From a virus (Duplodnaviria > Caudoviricetes), in the IMG/VR virus record IMGVR_UViG_3300021197_001081, positions 1 through 56,070 of that record: a stretch of DNA of 56,070 nt; one strand, written 5' to 3'. The position numbers were made by a program, and so were the translations under genes. The notes under the pieces are model-generated. The model made no database searches, was not told where the DNA came from, and saw only the letters and a program-made list of their open reading frames with translations. Shown in pieces: positions 10,130 through 21,325 of this stretch (the first letter of the stretch is position 1; every line of letters starts with the position of its first letter).

Positions 10130-11053
10130 ATGGCATATATAAACGATTACGCATACTACGCAAATTCAGGAAATAACCCAAGTGATGCAAACTGGGGTTC
10201 TTATCAATATGTTTCTTTAGCAGATATAGTCAACAACTTTATGTTAATGTATCAAGGAAACCACGAACTTATAAATAATATAAATCGTTATCAAGTTTTG
10301 TTTCATGCAAAAAGAGGCATACAAGAGCTGAATTATGATGCAATGAAGGAGATTAAAGTACTTCAATTAGACATAACACAGCAATTAAGATTTGTGTTAC
10401 CACAAGATTATGTTAATTGGGTAAGAATATCTATTTATGAAAATGGATATTTAAAACCTTTAACAGAAAATATACAAACTAACTGGTCTTCAGCTTATTT
10501 ACAGGACAATAATTCTAATATTTTGTTTGATCAAGACGGAAATGTGTTACAGCCTCAAGACTCTGAAGTAGATTTAGGAAGAATTTTGGGAGGATCTAAA
10601 AGCATATATTTAAATGCTTCAAGCCCATATAATGGCGCGGAAGGATACTGTTGTGATGGTCATTGGTATTTTGACTATGCCATTGGTTCACGTTTTGGAT
10701 TAAATACAGAAACAGCAAATTCTAATCCTACTTTTTCAATAGACAAACAATCAGGAGTTATCAACTTTAGTAATATAGGAGGCGCTGCATCTATTGTTTT
10801 AGAATATGTTTCTGATGGTATGGAAAATGGAGTTGATGCTGAAGTACAATTAAATAAATTATTTGAGGAATATATTTATGCTTATATTAGATACTCTATT
10901 CTTAATGGTAGATTGGGTGTTCAGGAATATGTTGTTAACAGAGCCAGAAAAGACAAGTCTTCTTTATTAAGAAATGCAAAAATAAGATTAAGTAATATAC
11001 ATCCTGGAAGACTTTTAATGAACTTAAGAGGACAAAATAAATTGATAAAATAG
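10130..11053 (+). CDS. Tail ring-type structural protein
   Basis: 307 aa, FVLPQDYVNWVRI motif parallel to the preceding gene, abuts the muzzle gene. Confidence 0.6.
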   Translation: MAYINDYAYYANSGNNPSDANWGSYQYVSLADIVNNFMLMYQGNHELINNINRYQVLFHAKRGIQELNYDAMKEIKVLQLDITQQLRFVLPQDYVNWVRISIYENGYLKPLTENIQTNWSSAYLQDNNSNILFDQDGNVLQPQDSEVDLGRILGGSKSIYLNASSPYNGAEGYCCDGHWYFDYAIGSRFGLNTETANSNPTFSIDKQSGVINFSNIGGAASIVLEYVSDGMENGVDAEVQLNKLFEEYIYAYIRYSILNGRLGVQEYVVNRARKDKSSLLRNAKIRLSNIHPGRLLMNLRGQNKLIK

Positions 11054-11054
11054 T

Positions 11055-14000
11055 ATGCCAATAACTACAACAAATTTTGTGGCTGGAAGAATGAATAAGT
11101 CAATAGACGAAAGACTTCTTCCAAAAGGAGAATATATAGACGCAATGAACGTTCGTTTAGGTTCAACTGAAGCGACCGAAATAGGAGCTGTGGAGAACTC
11201 AAGAGGGAATGAACAGTTAACTACACTACAATACAATGGAGTTAATTTAAGTTCGGCTGCAGTGTGTATAGGAGCATATGAAGACGGTGTTAGAGAGACT
11301 ATATATTGGTTTGTACATGATGGATCTAATACACAAGCTCCAGGAGGTGTTGTAGACTTAGTGGTTTCATATAACACCACTAATCAAATAGTTAATTATC
11401 ATGTTATCACAACAGAGCTTTTAAGTTTTGATCCGTTGTATTTAATTACAGGAGTTGATTTAATTGAAGATTTACTTTTTTGGACGGATGATAAAAACCC
11501 TCCTCGAACAATAAATATAAATAGAAGTTATCCAGAACCTGTTTCTAATGTAGATCAAATTATAGAAGAAGATATATCGGTTGTCGTTAAGCCCCCAGGC
11601 TTTGAAAATGTTGTTGGAAATAATAAACCTTTGCCAGCCCCTTTATTGTCTTTTTTAAATATTGCAGGGAACGAAAATTATATAGAAAATAGGTTTTTAT
11701 GTTTTGCATATAGATATAGATATGAGGACGGTCAATATAGTGCAACTTCTTTATTTACTAACCCTGCCTTTGTGCCTCGTCCTTTTCAGTTTAGCACTAA
11801 AAACTTTTGTAATGATGGTATGCTGAATTTATATAATGGAGTTGAAATTGAATTTTCCACAGGAAGTTCGAGAGTAAAAGAGGTAGACTTATTATTTAAA
11901 GATACTAACTCAACAACTTTAAATGTAATAGAAAGATTTAAAAAAGAAGATTTTGGCTGGGCTGACAATACAACTAAAAAATTTACGTTTACTAATAATA
12001 AAATATATACTGTTTTAGGTAATGATGAATTACTAAGACAATATGATAATGTCCCAAGATTAGCTAAAGCTCAGACAATACAGGGTAATAGATTGATGTA
12101 TGGTAATTATGTAGATGGATACAATATAACAAGACCAGATGAAAATGGAAGTAAAATTGCTATTGATTTTAACACAAGTGTTGTTAACACTCTTCTTGGT
12201 TTTTCAGAGCTTCCTTTAGGTCTTTTAAACAGTGGAATACCATACACTATAAATCCCAATCAAAGCGAAACAATTCTTAACTCAAAAGTCACAATAAATT
12301 TACAACCTATTGCGGATAAATTAAAGAAAAATGCATTATTTGGATTAACTTTTAACTTCGATAGTGATAAAAGAGTTTTTTTTCCATCCAACAGCGCTGA
12401 AGCAACTGCTAATATAGCTTTTCAAAATCAACCGTTTACCATATCTATAAACATTACATTAGATCAAGATTACTCAAGCCCTTATGATTTTTTTAATAGC
12501 CCTTTATTTGCTGAACGTATTGGTACGATTCTTAATACAAACTTCCAACCTATTGCTACAGCAGATCAAGGAAACTCATTAACAGATTTCTTTAATAATG
12601 AACTATCATCCCCAGGTGCAGGTAATTTCCCTTTTACAAAATTTAACAGCGGTATTACAGACGCAACAATTCAACAAGGGTTTAGACTTTCAAATTTTTC
12701 TCCAGGATCAAACACGTGTGATATACAAGCTATTGCAATGGCTTTTCAAACCACAGACACCACTGATCCAGCTGCTCCAGTTGTAACTACTTTATACGAA
12801 TACTTTAGATTTATATCTGTACAAGGAGCTTTTACTACAGACTTAGATACTGGTAGTTTACACAGTGACCGAGATTTTGAAACAGGCATTGTATACAGTG
12901 ATGAATACGGAAGATCTTCTACTGTTTTAGTCTCTCCATACAATACTGTGTATATAGAGCCTGGTAATAGTGTAACCGCAAATACTATACAGGTAGCGGT
13001 GTCTTCCAGAGCGCCATATTGGGCAGAACGATATAAGTTTGTAGTTAAGCCAAGTAAGGCAGGATATGAAACTATATTTTCTAACTTTTATTATATAAGA
13101 CCAAGTGATAACATGGTGTTTTTTAGGCTTGAGGGTGATAATGCAAATAAAGTGGGTAAAGGAGATTTATTAGTCGTAAAAGCAGATGTAAGTGGGCCTT
13201 TAAGTAGAGTTGAAACTTGTGAAGTTTTAGAAGTAAGTGCCGAGCCAACAAATTTTTTAAATGATGATAATGAATTAGGTTCTGACTCAAACCAGTTAAA
13301 GGGTTTGTATATGCAAATTAAAAATCAAAATTTTGATATTGTTATACCTGATGACTCTTTAATAGAATTTGGAAATTTAAGAAGGCGATCGAGTTCAAGG
13401 GGGTGTACAAATGGAAGAAAAATAGGGTATCCTTGTTTTACAACAGATCCTGATACTAATGTAACAACTAATTATACAGTTCCAGGGGGTTCTGTAATAA
13501 GAATAAAGGTGGTTATGTTTCGTAATGACACTTTTAATGGAAATAGCTGTCAAGAAATAAGATGGGAGTGGGAGCAAGAATATGTTGCAAGTAGAGATTA
13601 TACAGACATGAGAAGGTGGTGGATTGGAGACAATATAAACCCAAATCTTGCGCAACCAGGGGACTTGGCTGATTCGACAGATGCTATATTTAATTCAGCC
13701 TTAGTAGCTCCAGCAGCTGGTGGCCCTACAAGTGGTGTAGCTAATAACGTAGCGTGTACAACTTGGGATGTAACTTTTCAATGGATACAAGATAATGCTC
13801 AAGGCATTAATGATCCGTTATATTTAGGAGTTTCTTCTGGAGTAAAAGGATGTAATAGACCTTGGCCTCAAAGCGACAGGACTTCAGATTTAGATGTTGA
13901 ATTAGTGGTATTTAGAGCAAACACATTATGTGTGTTTGAAACAGAACCAGCTGATGCTAATGCAGAGTTGTATTATGACGCATCTCAATCTTTTGAGATA

Positions 14001-15845
14001 TCACAACCTGATGGGTTTCATTTATCTGGAAACAATACGGAAATGAATGATCAAGATCAAACTGCAACACAAGATGCTGTAGTTAACTTAAATTTTAGAG
14101 ATTGCTTTTCCTTTGGTAATGGCGTAGAAAGTTTTAAAATAAAAGATAGATTAGTAGGGAGACCATTTCAATTAGGTCAAAGAACATTAGCTGTTTCTAA
14201 TCAAGACTATAAAGAAGCCGACAGATTTGAGGGTATTACTTATAGTGGTGTATTTAGTAGTAACAGTGGTGTTAATAACCTAAATGAATTTAATTTAGGA
14301 TTAATAAATTTTAAAGATTGTGAAACATCTTTTGGTCCAATACAAAAAATGCATCCAAGAGAAACAGATATTTTAGTTTTACAAGAAGACAGAATTACCT
14401 ATGTATTATCATCTAAAAATTTAATTAGTGATAGTACTGGGGGTGGAGTTATTGCGTCTGTTCCTGAAATATTAGGAACACAGATTGCTCGTATAGAAGA
14501 GTATGGTATTAGTTATAATCCAGAAAGTTTTGTTGCTCATGGATATGATATGTTTTTTACCGATGTAAAAAGAGGTGCTGTTATTAGATTGAGAGGTACT
14601 TCAAAAAATAATGATTCATTAGAGGTTATTTCATCTTTTGGAATGCGTTCATGGTTTAGAGATGAATTTTATGAGTCTATTCAAACACAAAAATTAGGAG
14701 CGTTTGATCCTTATATGGATGAATATGTTTTAGGTATGAATTGCAAAACTATACCACTTCCTCCAGAAATATCTCAATGCGGATATAAGCTACAAAGAAA
14801 CGGATTACAAGTTGGTTCTAATAACGCTATTGTATCTGTTATAAATTATGGATCTTTAATTGGAACTGCTAATTTTAATTATAACATTACAGCTGGATCA
14901 ATAACTATTTCTGTATTATGGAATGGTGTTACAACCACAAGCTCTACCCTAACTGGTTCAGGCACATTTAGTTTTAATAAAACTTTAAATAGCCCCACAA
15001 ACGCAACTGTAACATTTACTGCAATTACAGCCGCTTCGTTTGTTGTGACAGCCGCATGTATTGAACCATTAAATATTACTGTAGTAAAAGTAGTAATGAA
15101 CTCACCAGAACAAAGTGGTAAATTTATTCATGCTGAGTATTTTTGGGAAGACACTGCTAATATTAGTCCAGTAGATTCAGATTTAGTTGAATTTGGTTCA
15201 AGTAATTTAGTACCTTCAAGTTATGATGCTCAAACAGGGGTAAGATCATTAGGTGTTTTTCCATATAATGGAATTGATTTAACAATTAGATCAAATAAAA
15301 TTAATTTTGATGATTATGATTGGGGTTATCCTGACGATAATTTTAAGTATTTATCAAGTAATACTCTTTATAGTAATAATCAAGCTGATACAGCGTCTTT
15401 ACTTGCGGCAGCTACAACTATACCAAACAGTAGTGTTTCAAACCCCTCATCTGGTCTTTATCAAGCAACTATAACAAATTTATCACTACCTACTAACAAT
15501 CAGTATTTATATTTAATATATGATTATAGATTAACAAGTTGTCAAGAATTTTGTTACGATGCAAGTTCAGCCTCTGCTGCATGTTGTGATTGTTCTTTTA
15601 CTTTTACATCATATCAAAGTAGTTCTGTATTTCAATCAGAGCCAGATGTATGTGGTCAACCTTTAAATATAACATACTATCACTCAGGAAGTAACGCACT
15701 ACCTGAATACGAAGATTTTGTTTACTCTTCTTCTGACGGTGAAGTAGGATCTCAATTAACTCAAGGTCTTTATAAAATAAGTGCAACAGATTATATAACA
15801 GTAAATGAATTTGGCTTAGTTACTGCGGTAACTACATGCCCATAA
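11055..15845 (+). CDS. Tail stabilization/muzzle (nozzle) protein with a Cys-containing C-terminal extension
   Basis: 1596 aa. Motifs NFVAGRMNKSIDERLLP, FAYRYRYEDG, GNRLMYGNY and GISYNPESF resemble P22 gp10-like and crAss-type muzzle proteins. Confidence 0.75.
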   Translation: MPITTTNFVAGRMNKSIDERLLPKGEYIDAMNVRLGSTEATEIGAVENSRGNEQLTTLQYNGVNLSSAAVCIGAYEDGVRETIYWFVHDGSNTQAPGGVVDLVVSYNTTNQIVNYHVITTELLSFDPLYLITGVDLIEDLLFWTDDKNPPRTININRSYPEPVSNVDQIIEEDISVVVKPPGFENVVGNNKPLPAPLLSFLNIAGNENYIENRFLCFAYRYRYEDGQYSATSLFTNPAFVPRPFQFSTKNFCNDGMLNLYNGVEIEFSTGSSRVKEVDLLFKDTNSTTLNVIERFKKEDFGWADNTTKKFTFTNNKIYTVLGNDELLRQYDNVPRLAKAQTIQGNRLMYGNYVDGYNITRPDENGSKIAIDFNTSVVNTLLGFSELPLGLLNSGIPYTINPNQSETILNSKVTINLQPIADKLKKNALFGLTFNFDSDKRVFFPSNSAEATANIAFQNQPFTISINITLDQDYSSPYDFFNSPLFAERIGTILNTNFQPIATADQGNSLTDFFNNELSSPGAGNFPFTKFNSGITDATIQQGFRLSNFSPGSNTCDIQAIAMAFQTTDTTDPAAPVVTTLYEYFRFISVQGAFTTDLDTGSLHSDRDFETGIVYSDEYGRSSTVLVSPYNTVYIEPGNSVTANTIQVAVSSRAPYWAERYKFVVKPSKAGYETIFSNFYYIRPSDNMVFFRLEGDNANKVGKGDLLVVKADVSGPLSRVETCEVLEVSAEPTNFLNDDNELGSDSNQLKGLYMQIKNQNFDIVIPDDSLIEFGNLRRRSSSRGCTNGRKIGYPCFTTDPDTNVTTNYTVPGGSVIRIKVVMFRNDTFNGNSCQEIRWEWEQEYVASRDYTDMRRWWIGDNINPNLAQPGDLADSTDAIFNSALVAPAAGGPTSGVANNVACTTWDVTFQWIQDNAQGINDPLYLGVSSGVKGCNRPWPQSDRTSDLDVELVVFRANTLCVFETEPADANAELYYDASQSFEISQPDGFHLSGNNTEMNDQDQTATQDAVVNLNFRDCFSFGNGVESFKIKDRLVGRPFQLGQRTLAVSNQDYKEADRFEGITYSGVFSSNSGVNNLNEFNLGLINFKDCETSFGPIQKMHPRETDILVLQEDRITYVLSSKNLISDSTGGGVIASVPEILGTQIARIEEYGISYNPESFVAHGYDMFFTDVKRGAVIRLRGTSKNNDSLEVISSFGMRSWFRDEFYESIQTQKLGAFDPYMDEYVLGMNCKTIPLPPEISQCGYKLQRNGLQVGSNNAIVSVINYGSLIGTANFNYNITAGSITISVLWNGVTTTSSTLTGSGTFSFNKTLNSPTNATVTFTAITAASFVVTAACIEPLNITVVKVVMNSPEQSGKFIHAEYFWEDTANISPVDSDLVEFGSSNLVPSSYDAQTGVRSLGVFPYNGIDLTIRSNKINFDDYDWGYPDDNFKYLSSNTLYSNNQADTASLLAAATTIPNSSVSNPSSGLYQATITNLSLPTNNQYLYLIYDYRLTSCQEFCYDASSASAACCDCSFTFTSYQSSSVFQSEPDVCGQPLNITYYHSGSNALPEYEDFVYSSSDGEVGSQLTQGLYKISATDYITVNEFGLVTAVTTCP

Positions 15846-15857
15846 ATAATTAAATAA

Positions 15858-16910
15858 ATGGCAACATTAGGAACATATTGTTTTGATGGATTAAATTTTT
15901 CTCAAGCTTCAGCTCTATTTACAGACTCAGGCTTAACTACACTTGCTCCAGATGGATATTATTCTCAAGGAGGAATTATAAGACAACAATTAAATGGATC
16001 TTTACTAAACGCACAACCATGTGGCACATGTTTAGTACCCTGTGGCTCAGGAATATCTGCAGCTTTTTCGGATAATGGTTTATTTACAGCTACAGTAGAT
16101 TTAGCGAACGATACAGGGGCTACTGTTATGTATTTTTATATGGGATCTTCAATCCCAGATGGCGTAGATGTAACATACAATGGAACGCATTACAATAGGT
16201 TAACTTGTCAAGGAAACCATGACACCACTACTATTGTAGATGGAGCTGGTGTACAAGTGGACTATGCAGGTAGGTTTAACCAGGGGACAGGATTGCCTAC
16301 GTATGTGGGAAGCGACACTCAAGTTCCTCAATTACTTGCTCAGTCACCTTTTAATAACACACCCAGCGGCGCATGTTCGCCCAGTGATCAACCACAGGAA
16401 TATACTTTGAGTGGAAGTCCAGCAACATATGTGGCTCAAGGAACATTTCAAACTGTTACTGCAGTATCGTCTCAAGTAGGCTGTAATCCAACTGGTAGTC
16501 AAGTTTTTACTTTAGTTGTCCCCAAAACAGCAGCGACTCCAACATCTATTAATGTTTTAATTAGTGCGCCTTTATGTGGCACGCTTTTTAGATGGGAGGT
16601 AGATTGTCCAGCAGATCTTCCAAGTTTTACAGGCTCACCCCTTCAAGGAGGACCTGGTTGTTTTACTCCGAATACAACTTATTATTTTGCACGAAATGCA
16701 ACAGGTACAGCCCCACCTTTTACTGTTGACACTAATGTGTTACCAGAGATAGGTAATTTTGTTTTTACAGCCTCTGATGGATCAGCGTATTTAAACGATA
16801 CAAATACACTTCAATACGTTATAATAGGAAATCCTGGGCCAAGCGGAACAACTGCTTTAGGAATTAGAAATGGAGTCGTTGTGTCTTCAGGACCTTGTAA
16901 TCCTACTTAA
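15858..16910 (+). CDS. Cys/Gly/Thr-rich virion (tail appendage) protein
   Basis: 350 aa, beta-rich composition, within the tail operon. Confidence 0.6.
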   Translation: MATLGTYCFDGLNFSQASALFTDSGLTTLAPDGYYSQGGIIRQQLNGSLLNAQPCGTCLVPCGSGISAAFSDNGLFTATVDLANDTGATVMYFYMGSSIPDGVDVTYNGTHYNRLTCQGNHDTTTIVDGAGVQVDYAGRFNQGTGLPTYVGSDTQVPQLLAQSPFNNTPSGACSPSDQPQEYTLSGSPATYVAQGTFQTVTAVSSQVGCNPTGSQVFTLVVPKTAATPTSINVLISAPLCGTLFRWEVDCPADLPSFTGSPLQGGPGCFTPNTTYYFARNATGTAPPFTVDTNVLPEIGNFVFTASDGSAYLNDTNTLQYVIIGNPGPSGTTALGIRNGVVVSSGPCNPT

Positions 16911-16921
16911 AAATATATAAT

Positions 16922-17740
16922 ATGGCAACAAAATGTACATCAAATTATACCTTAACCTTTAGCGAAAGCTCAAAAGGATGGCCTTCTTTTTACTCTTTTT
17001 ACCCTGACTTTATGATAGGTATGAATAGTTTTTTCTATTCATTTAAAGGAGGTAATGTATGGAGGCATAACACAGGGGCTAATCGTAATACATATTATGG
17101 ACAGTTTGCTAATTCAACTATTACAAGTGTTTTTAGCCCTGAACCAACACTAAGTATTAAACTTTTTAAAACTCTTTCATATGAAGCCACAACAACTGTA
17201 GCTGACACTAATGAGGCAAGATGGGAATGTACATCACTTTTAACTGATTTAACAGATGGTAGTCCAGGCTCAATGCTTGACACTTATTTTGAGCAAAAAG
17301 AAGGAGAGTGGTTTAGTTTTATAAGAACTAATGCAGGCACTGTAAACTGGCAAATGAGATCAGCAAATGGTGTAGGTGTGTGTACAGCAGTTAGTGGAAC
17401 AGCAGCAGCTACTTTAATTGAGTTTGCAGGAGCTATTGGTTCTATATTAAATATTGGAGATAACGTATATGCCGCAACTTTAACAGCTGGTGTAGCTACT
17501 ACAGCTCCAATTTTTATTGGTCAAGTAACAGCTAAAACAAGCACAAGTATTACTGTAGACACTACAGTAACAGGCGGCTCTGTGCCGACAGTTGGTCAGT
17601 TTATTATGTTTATTAAAAATGCAGTTGCTGAGTCTCATGGCGCACGAGGGTATTACTTAGAATTTAAACTTGAAAATGACTCAACAGATCCTGTAGAGCT
17701 GTTTTCTGTCGGTAGTAGTGTGATGAAAAGTTTTCCATAG
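16922..17740 (+). CDS. Tail structural protein resembling the C-terminal part of muzzle proteins
   Basis: 272 aa, motifs TLTFSESSKGWPSFYSF, KLFKTLSYE, KEGEWF and RGYY. Confidence 0.6.
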   Translation: MATKCTSNYTLTFSESSKGWPSFYSFYPDFMIGMNSFFYSFKGGNVWRHNTGANRNTYYGQFANSTITSVFSPEPTLSIKLFKTLSYEATTTVADTNEARWECTSLLTDLTDGSPGSMLDTYFEQKEGEWFSFIRTNAGTVNWQMRSANGVGVCTAVSGTAAATLIEFAGAIGSILNIGDNVYAATLTAGVATTAPIFIGQVTAKTSTSITVDTTVTGGSVPTVGQFIMFIKNAVAESHGARGYYLEFKLENDSTDPVELFSVGSSVMKSFP

Positions 17741-17748
17741 AAATTTAC

Positions 17749-17756
17749 TATCTTTG
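17749..17756 (+). promoter_or_regulatory. Bacteroidota-type -7 promoter box (TATCTTTG)
   Basis: TAnnTTTG upstream of the GNAT/internal protein operon. Confidence 0.6.
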
Positions 17757-17773
17757 TTTCTAAATCATATTTA

Positions 17774-18181
17774 ATGGAATTAGACATACGAAGACTTGAA
17801 AGCGAGGATTGGGATACATTAGTTTCTTGGTGGGATACATGGCCAGATTGGCAAACCCCACCCAAAGATTTTTTACCAGACAATGGTAAAGGTGGTTTTA
17901 TGGTAGAAAAAAACAACACACCAATTGTCGCAGGTTTTATGTATTTTACTAATTCTGAAGGGGTTTTATTAGAGTGGATTGTATCTAACCCATCATACAG
18001 AGATCAAGACAGGCAAGATGCAATAGAGTTTTTAATTCTTACATGTGAAGAATATATAAAAGCAAATGGTAAAAAATATATATTTAGTATAGGAAGAAAC
18101 AAACACTTAATAGAAACGCATAAAAAATTAGGTTACCATGTAGATACAAAAGTGTCTCATGAAATAATAAAAAAAATATAA
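17774..18181 (+). CDS. GNAT-fold acetyltransferase-like protein
   Basis: 135 aa, N-terminal IRRLESEDW, VSNPSYR and C-terminal HKKLGY match the GNAT pattern. Confidence 0.65.
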   Translation: MELDIRRLESEDWDTLVSWWDTWPDWQTPPKDFLPDNGKGGFMVEKNNTPIVAGFMYFTNSEGVLLEWIVSNPSYRDQDRQDAIEFLILTCEEYIKANGKKYIFSIGRNKHLIETHKKLGYHVDTKVSHEIIKKI

Positions 18182-18182
18182 T

Positions 18183-19028
18183 ATGGCAGCAGCAACAGCA
18201 ATAGCAGCGACAGGAGTATTAGTAAGTGCAACATCAGCAGGAATGAGTTTTTCCCAAGCTGCAAAAGCAAAAAGACAAGGTGAAAAAGCTCAAGCTGCAA
18301 GTAAAAAATTAATGAAGGAAGCAGAGCGTAAAGCTGAGGTTGAGTTTTTTCAAAAACTAAATGTTCCTTTAGATGCTTATGGGAAAGAATATGAGCAAAA
18401 CTTACAAGTTCAACAACAAGGAATTCAAGCTTTACAAGAGGGGGACAGTCGTAACTTAGCCGCTGGAATTGGTAGAGTTGGAGCGGCAGCAACAGAGGCT
18501 AATGAAAACACTCGAATTGGAATGGGTAAAGAAATGTTTGAGTTAGAAAAAATGCAAGTTCAAGAACAGTCTGATATTAATCAAGACTTAAAAGACATGA
18601 AAGTGGGAGCTGCAGCTGATCAACAACAAATCGCAAGAGATGCAGATGAAGCCAGAGCTGCGGCAATGCAACAAGGTGTTGCGTCAGTTGGTAGTGCGGT
18701 ACAAGGAGCTGCGGCAGCTATACCCTTATTCCCTAAGTCAGCTATGGATAATCGTGCTAATAAATTAGCCGATCAAGTTATGGCTTCTGGAAATACAGAC
18801 ATTATGAATAAAACTGCGGTAAACCCTAATGCTAATAAAGCTGAATTTGATAGATTAACTGCTTTAGGAGATCCTAAAAAAGCATCATTGTTTGCTCCTA
18901 CAACTTCTGTTCCAAGAGGAAGATCTGAGATTTTAAATGCTATTACTCAAAATTATTCAAAAGATCAAATAAATAGAAAAGGTAGAGCTAATTTTGACAT
19001 GAATGCATTCCTTCAATATCTAAACTAA
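18183..19028 (+). CDS. Internal virion (ejection) protein 1
   Basis: 281 aa, Ala/Gly/Gln-rich helical protein with a hydrophobic N-terminus, first of three successively larger genes. Confidence 0.6.
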   Translation: MAAATAIAATGVLVSATSAGMSFSQAAKAKRQGEKAQAASKKLMKEAERKAEVEFFQKLNVPLDAYGKEYEQNLQVQQQGIQALQEGDSRNLAAGIGRVGAAATEANENTRIGMGKEMFELEKMQVQEQSDINQDLKDMKVGAAADQQQIARDADEARAAAMQQGVASVGSAVQGAAAAIPLFPKSAMDNRANKLADQVMASGNTDIMNKTAVNPNANKAEFDRLTALGDPKKASLFAPTTSVPRGRSEILNAITQNYSKDQINRKGRANFDMNAFLQYLN

Positions 19029-19033
19029 CAAAT

Positions 19034-21325
19034 ATGGCAGAAGATACTTCAAGACCATCAGGCGCAAATAAATATTCAATCTATGCTCAAAGAAGTGTAG
19101 ATAGTACTCAGGTAGATTACAACAAGGTTCAAAAAGACCTTGTTACTGGACTTAATCTTATACAAGCTGACAGAGAAACGCGTAAAGCAGCCATTGAAAA
19201 GTCTACTCAAGATGCTATAGAACAGCTTAGTAAAGTTCCAGAAACAGGAACTCAAGATGCAGCATCATTATTAATAAATGCTTCTGCAATGTCTATAAAA
19301 GAAATACAAACACAAAACAACTTAATGAAGCGTGGGCTATCAAGTGTCCAGGATAATATGTTGTTTATGCAGCAGCAAAAAAATGGATACGCAAGTTTAA
19401 GCACAGCTGTAAAAGGTTGGGATGATTGGGCTGTTGAAGCGAGGGAAAGACTTCAAGCTGCAAAAGACGGAGGTGCAACAGCTTCTGAGCTGGAAATATT
19501 TACAAACTTATCTGTTGAAGCTTTAGGTAATTTAAAAAATAAAAAATTATGGTCTAACCCTACTAACGGTAAAATGCAGTTAGTAACGATGGGTAAAAAT
19601 GAAAAAACAGGTTTATATGATGTAATGCCTGATTATGAAGCCAGAAAACAAGACTATCAAAATCCTAACCAGATAGTAAATTTCATGAAGTATCAACAAG
19701 ACAGGATTGATGTTGATGATTTAGCAACTGCTCAAACTGCTCAAATAGCAGACATTATACAGATAACACTGGATGGAGATGAGTATAAAAGACTTACAGG
19801 TGGTGGAAGACAAATAAGTACAGAAGACTTTAGAAACCTTGGAGACTTTGGTACAGATGAAAGTGGACAAAAAATAACATATAACATGTGGAAATCTACG
19901 CAGTTAGATGCTATGATTGGAGCGCCTGGAGATAAAAATAATATGAATGCGGCACAGGTTTTAACAAACTCTGGAAGATTTTTCTTTGCAGAAACAGAAA
20001 GTCAATTTAAAGAACAACATCCAGGGATATCTACTGATTATATGATTAAAGTAGATATGAGTTCAGGACAACCAGTACCTGAAATGACTGAATCTCAATA
20101 CGAAGATGCTCGTAGGCTTGCTGATATTGCTGTTGAATCACAAGTTAGTCATATAGAGAAAGTTGCAGAGACCTCTAAATCAGCACAAGCACCACAACAA
20201 GACACACCTGCAACAATAGCAAACAAGGAAAAAGATAGAGCTTTAGTTGGCTTTATGGATGATGCAAATGCTCTTGTGTCTGATGATGAATCAGCATTTA
20301 ACTCAACAGCACAAGATAGAATAGTAGCTTTAAATAAAGCAATGGCTGGTGGTGATCCAAATAAATTGATTGATAGTATAACTCGTAATGATGAGACAAT
20401 TACTATTACTTTAGCCGATGGAACACCAGAAGTAATAAGAAGAGTAGATGAAAATGGAATTGTAAGACCTACTGAGGATGTTGTTAAAGAAGTGTACAGA
20501 TATATTACACCTCAAACATCTGAATATGATAACTCATATAAAGACGCTAAAATATTATATGAAGCCGAACCAGGTGGTGGCTTTAGAGGTGCAGATAGAG
20601 ATATGACTGAAGTAGAATTGGTTGCGGCAGCAGCTGAAAATAAGGCAAAACAACAGTTAGAAGCAGAGGGTATTAAACCAACTTTAACTGATGTTAATGG
20701 CAGAGAAACTGGTGCTAATCCAGATTACGAAGAACAACTTGCAGCTAAAATTGTTGATTTAACTGATGGAATTACAGATGAGGAAAAAGCAGCAGTTAAG
20801 AAAAGAGTTTTAAAGAATATAACTGGGGAGAAATACAGAGCTTTAGCTCCTCTTCCATCTATCAAACAAAATACTGCTAAAATTGGAGTTCTTACAGAAG
20901 ACGGTACACCAAAACCAGTTACTGGTACAGAACTTATTGAAGATAAAATAGGTGGTAGATTAGATGGACTATCGACAATAGGTGGTGACGATTCAGTAGA
21001 AGTTAATGATGTTTTAAGTCAGGTTATGAATGATTACCTTCCAAGTGAAATAAAGGGTGGTGCTAAAGTTGTACTTAAAAAAGATGATGTTGATGATAGT
21101 AAATGGGTTGTTGAAGTTTCTTATTTTGACAGAGCTGGAAAACAACAATCACTTCCTCCAATATATCCAAATGTAGGTACTGTAATTGGTCTTGACGGTT
21201 CAACACCGTCTGAGTTAAACGAAATCATGCATGGAGCAGCACAAAAAGTTTTAGACGAAGAAAACGCAAGACTTACAACAAGAAATCTAAAAGGTACTGG
21301 TAAAAACCGAAAAAAGTTTAATTAA
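19034..21325 (+). CDS. Internal virion (ejection) protein 2
   Basis: 763 aa, helical, positional call. Confidence 0.55.
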   Translation: MAEDTSRPSGANKYSIYAQRSVDSTQVDYNKVQKDLVTGLNLIQADRETRKAAIEKSTQDAIEQLSKVPETGTQDAASLLINASAMSIKEIQTQNNLMKRGLSSVQDNMLFMQQQKNGYASLSTAVKGWDDWAVEARERLQAAKDGGATASELEIFTNLSVEALGNLKNKKLWSNPTNGKMQLVTMGKNEKTGLYDVMPDYEARKQDYQNPNQIVNFMKYQQDRIDVDDLATAQTAQIADIIQITLDGDEYKRLTGGGRQISTEDFRNLGDFGTDESGQKITYNMWKSTQLDAMIGAPGDKNNMNAAQVLTNSGRFFFAETESQFKEQHPGISTDYMIKVDMSSGQPVPEMTESQYEDARRLADIAVESQVSHIEKVAETSKSAQAPQQDTPATIANKEKDRALVGFMDDANALVSDDESAFNSTAQDRIVALNKAMAGGDPNKLIDSITRNDETITITLADGTPEVIRRVDENGIVRPTEDVVKEVYRYITPQTSEYDNSYKDAKILYEAEPGGGFRGADRDMTEVELVAAAAENKAKQQLEAEGIKPTLTDVNGRETGANPDYEEQLAAKIVDLTDGITDEEKAAVKKRVLKNITGEKYRALAPLPSIKQNTAKIGVLTEDGTPKPVTGTELIEDKIGGRLDGLSTIGGDDSVEVNDVLSQVMNDYLPSEIKGGAKVVLKKDDVDDSKWVVEVSYFDRAGKQQSLPPIYPNVGTVIGLDGSTPSELNEIMHGAAQKVLDEENARLTTRNLKGTGKNRKKFN

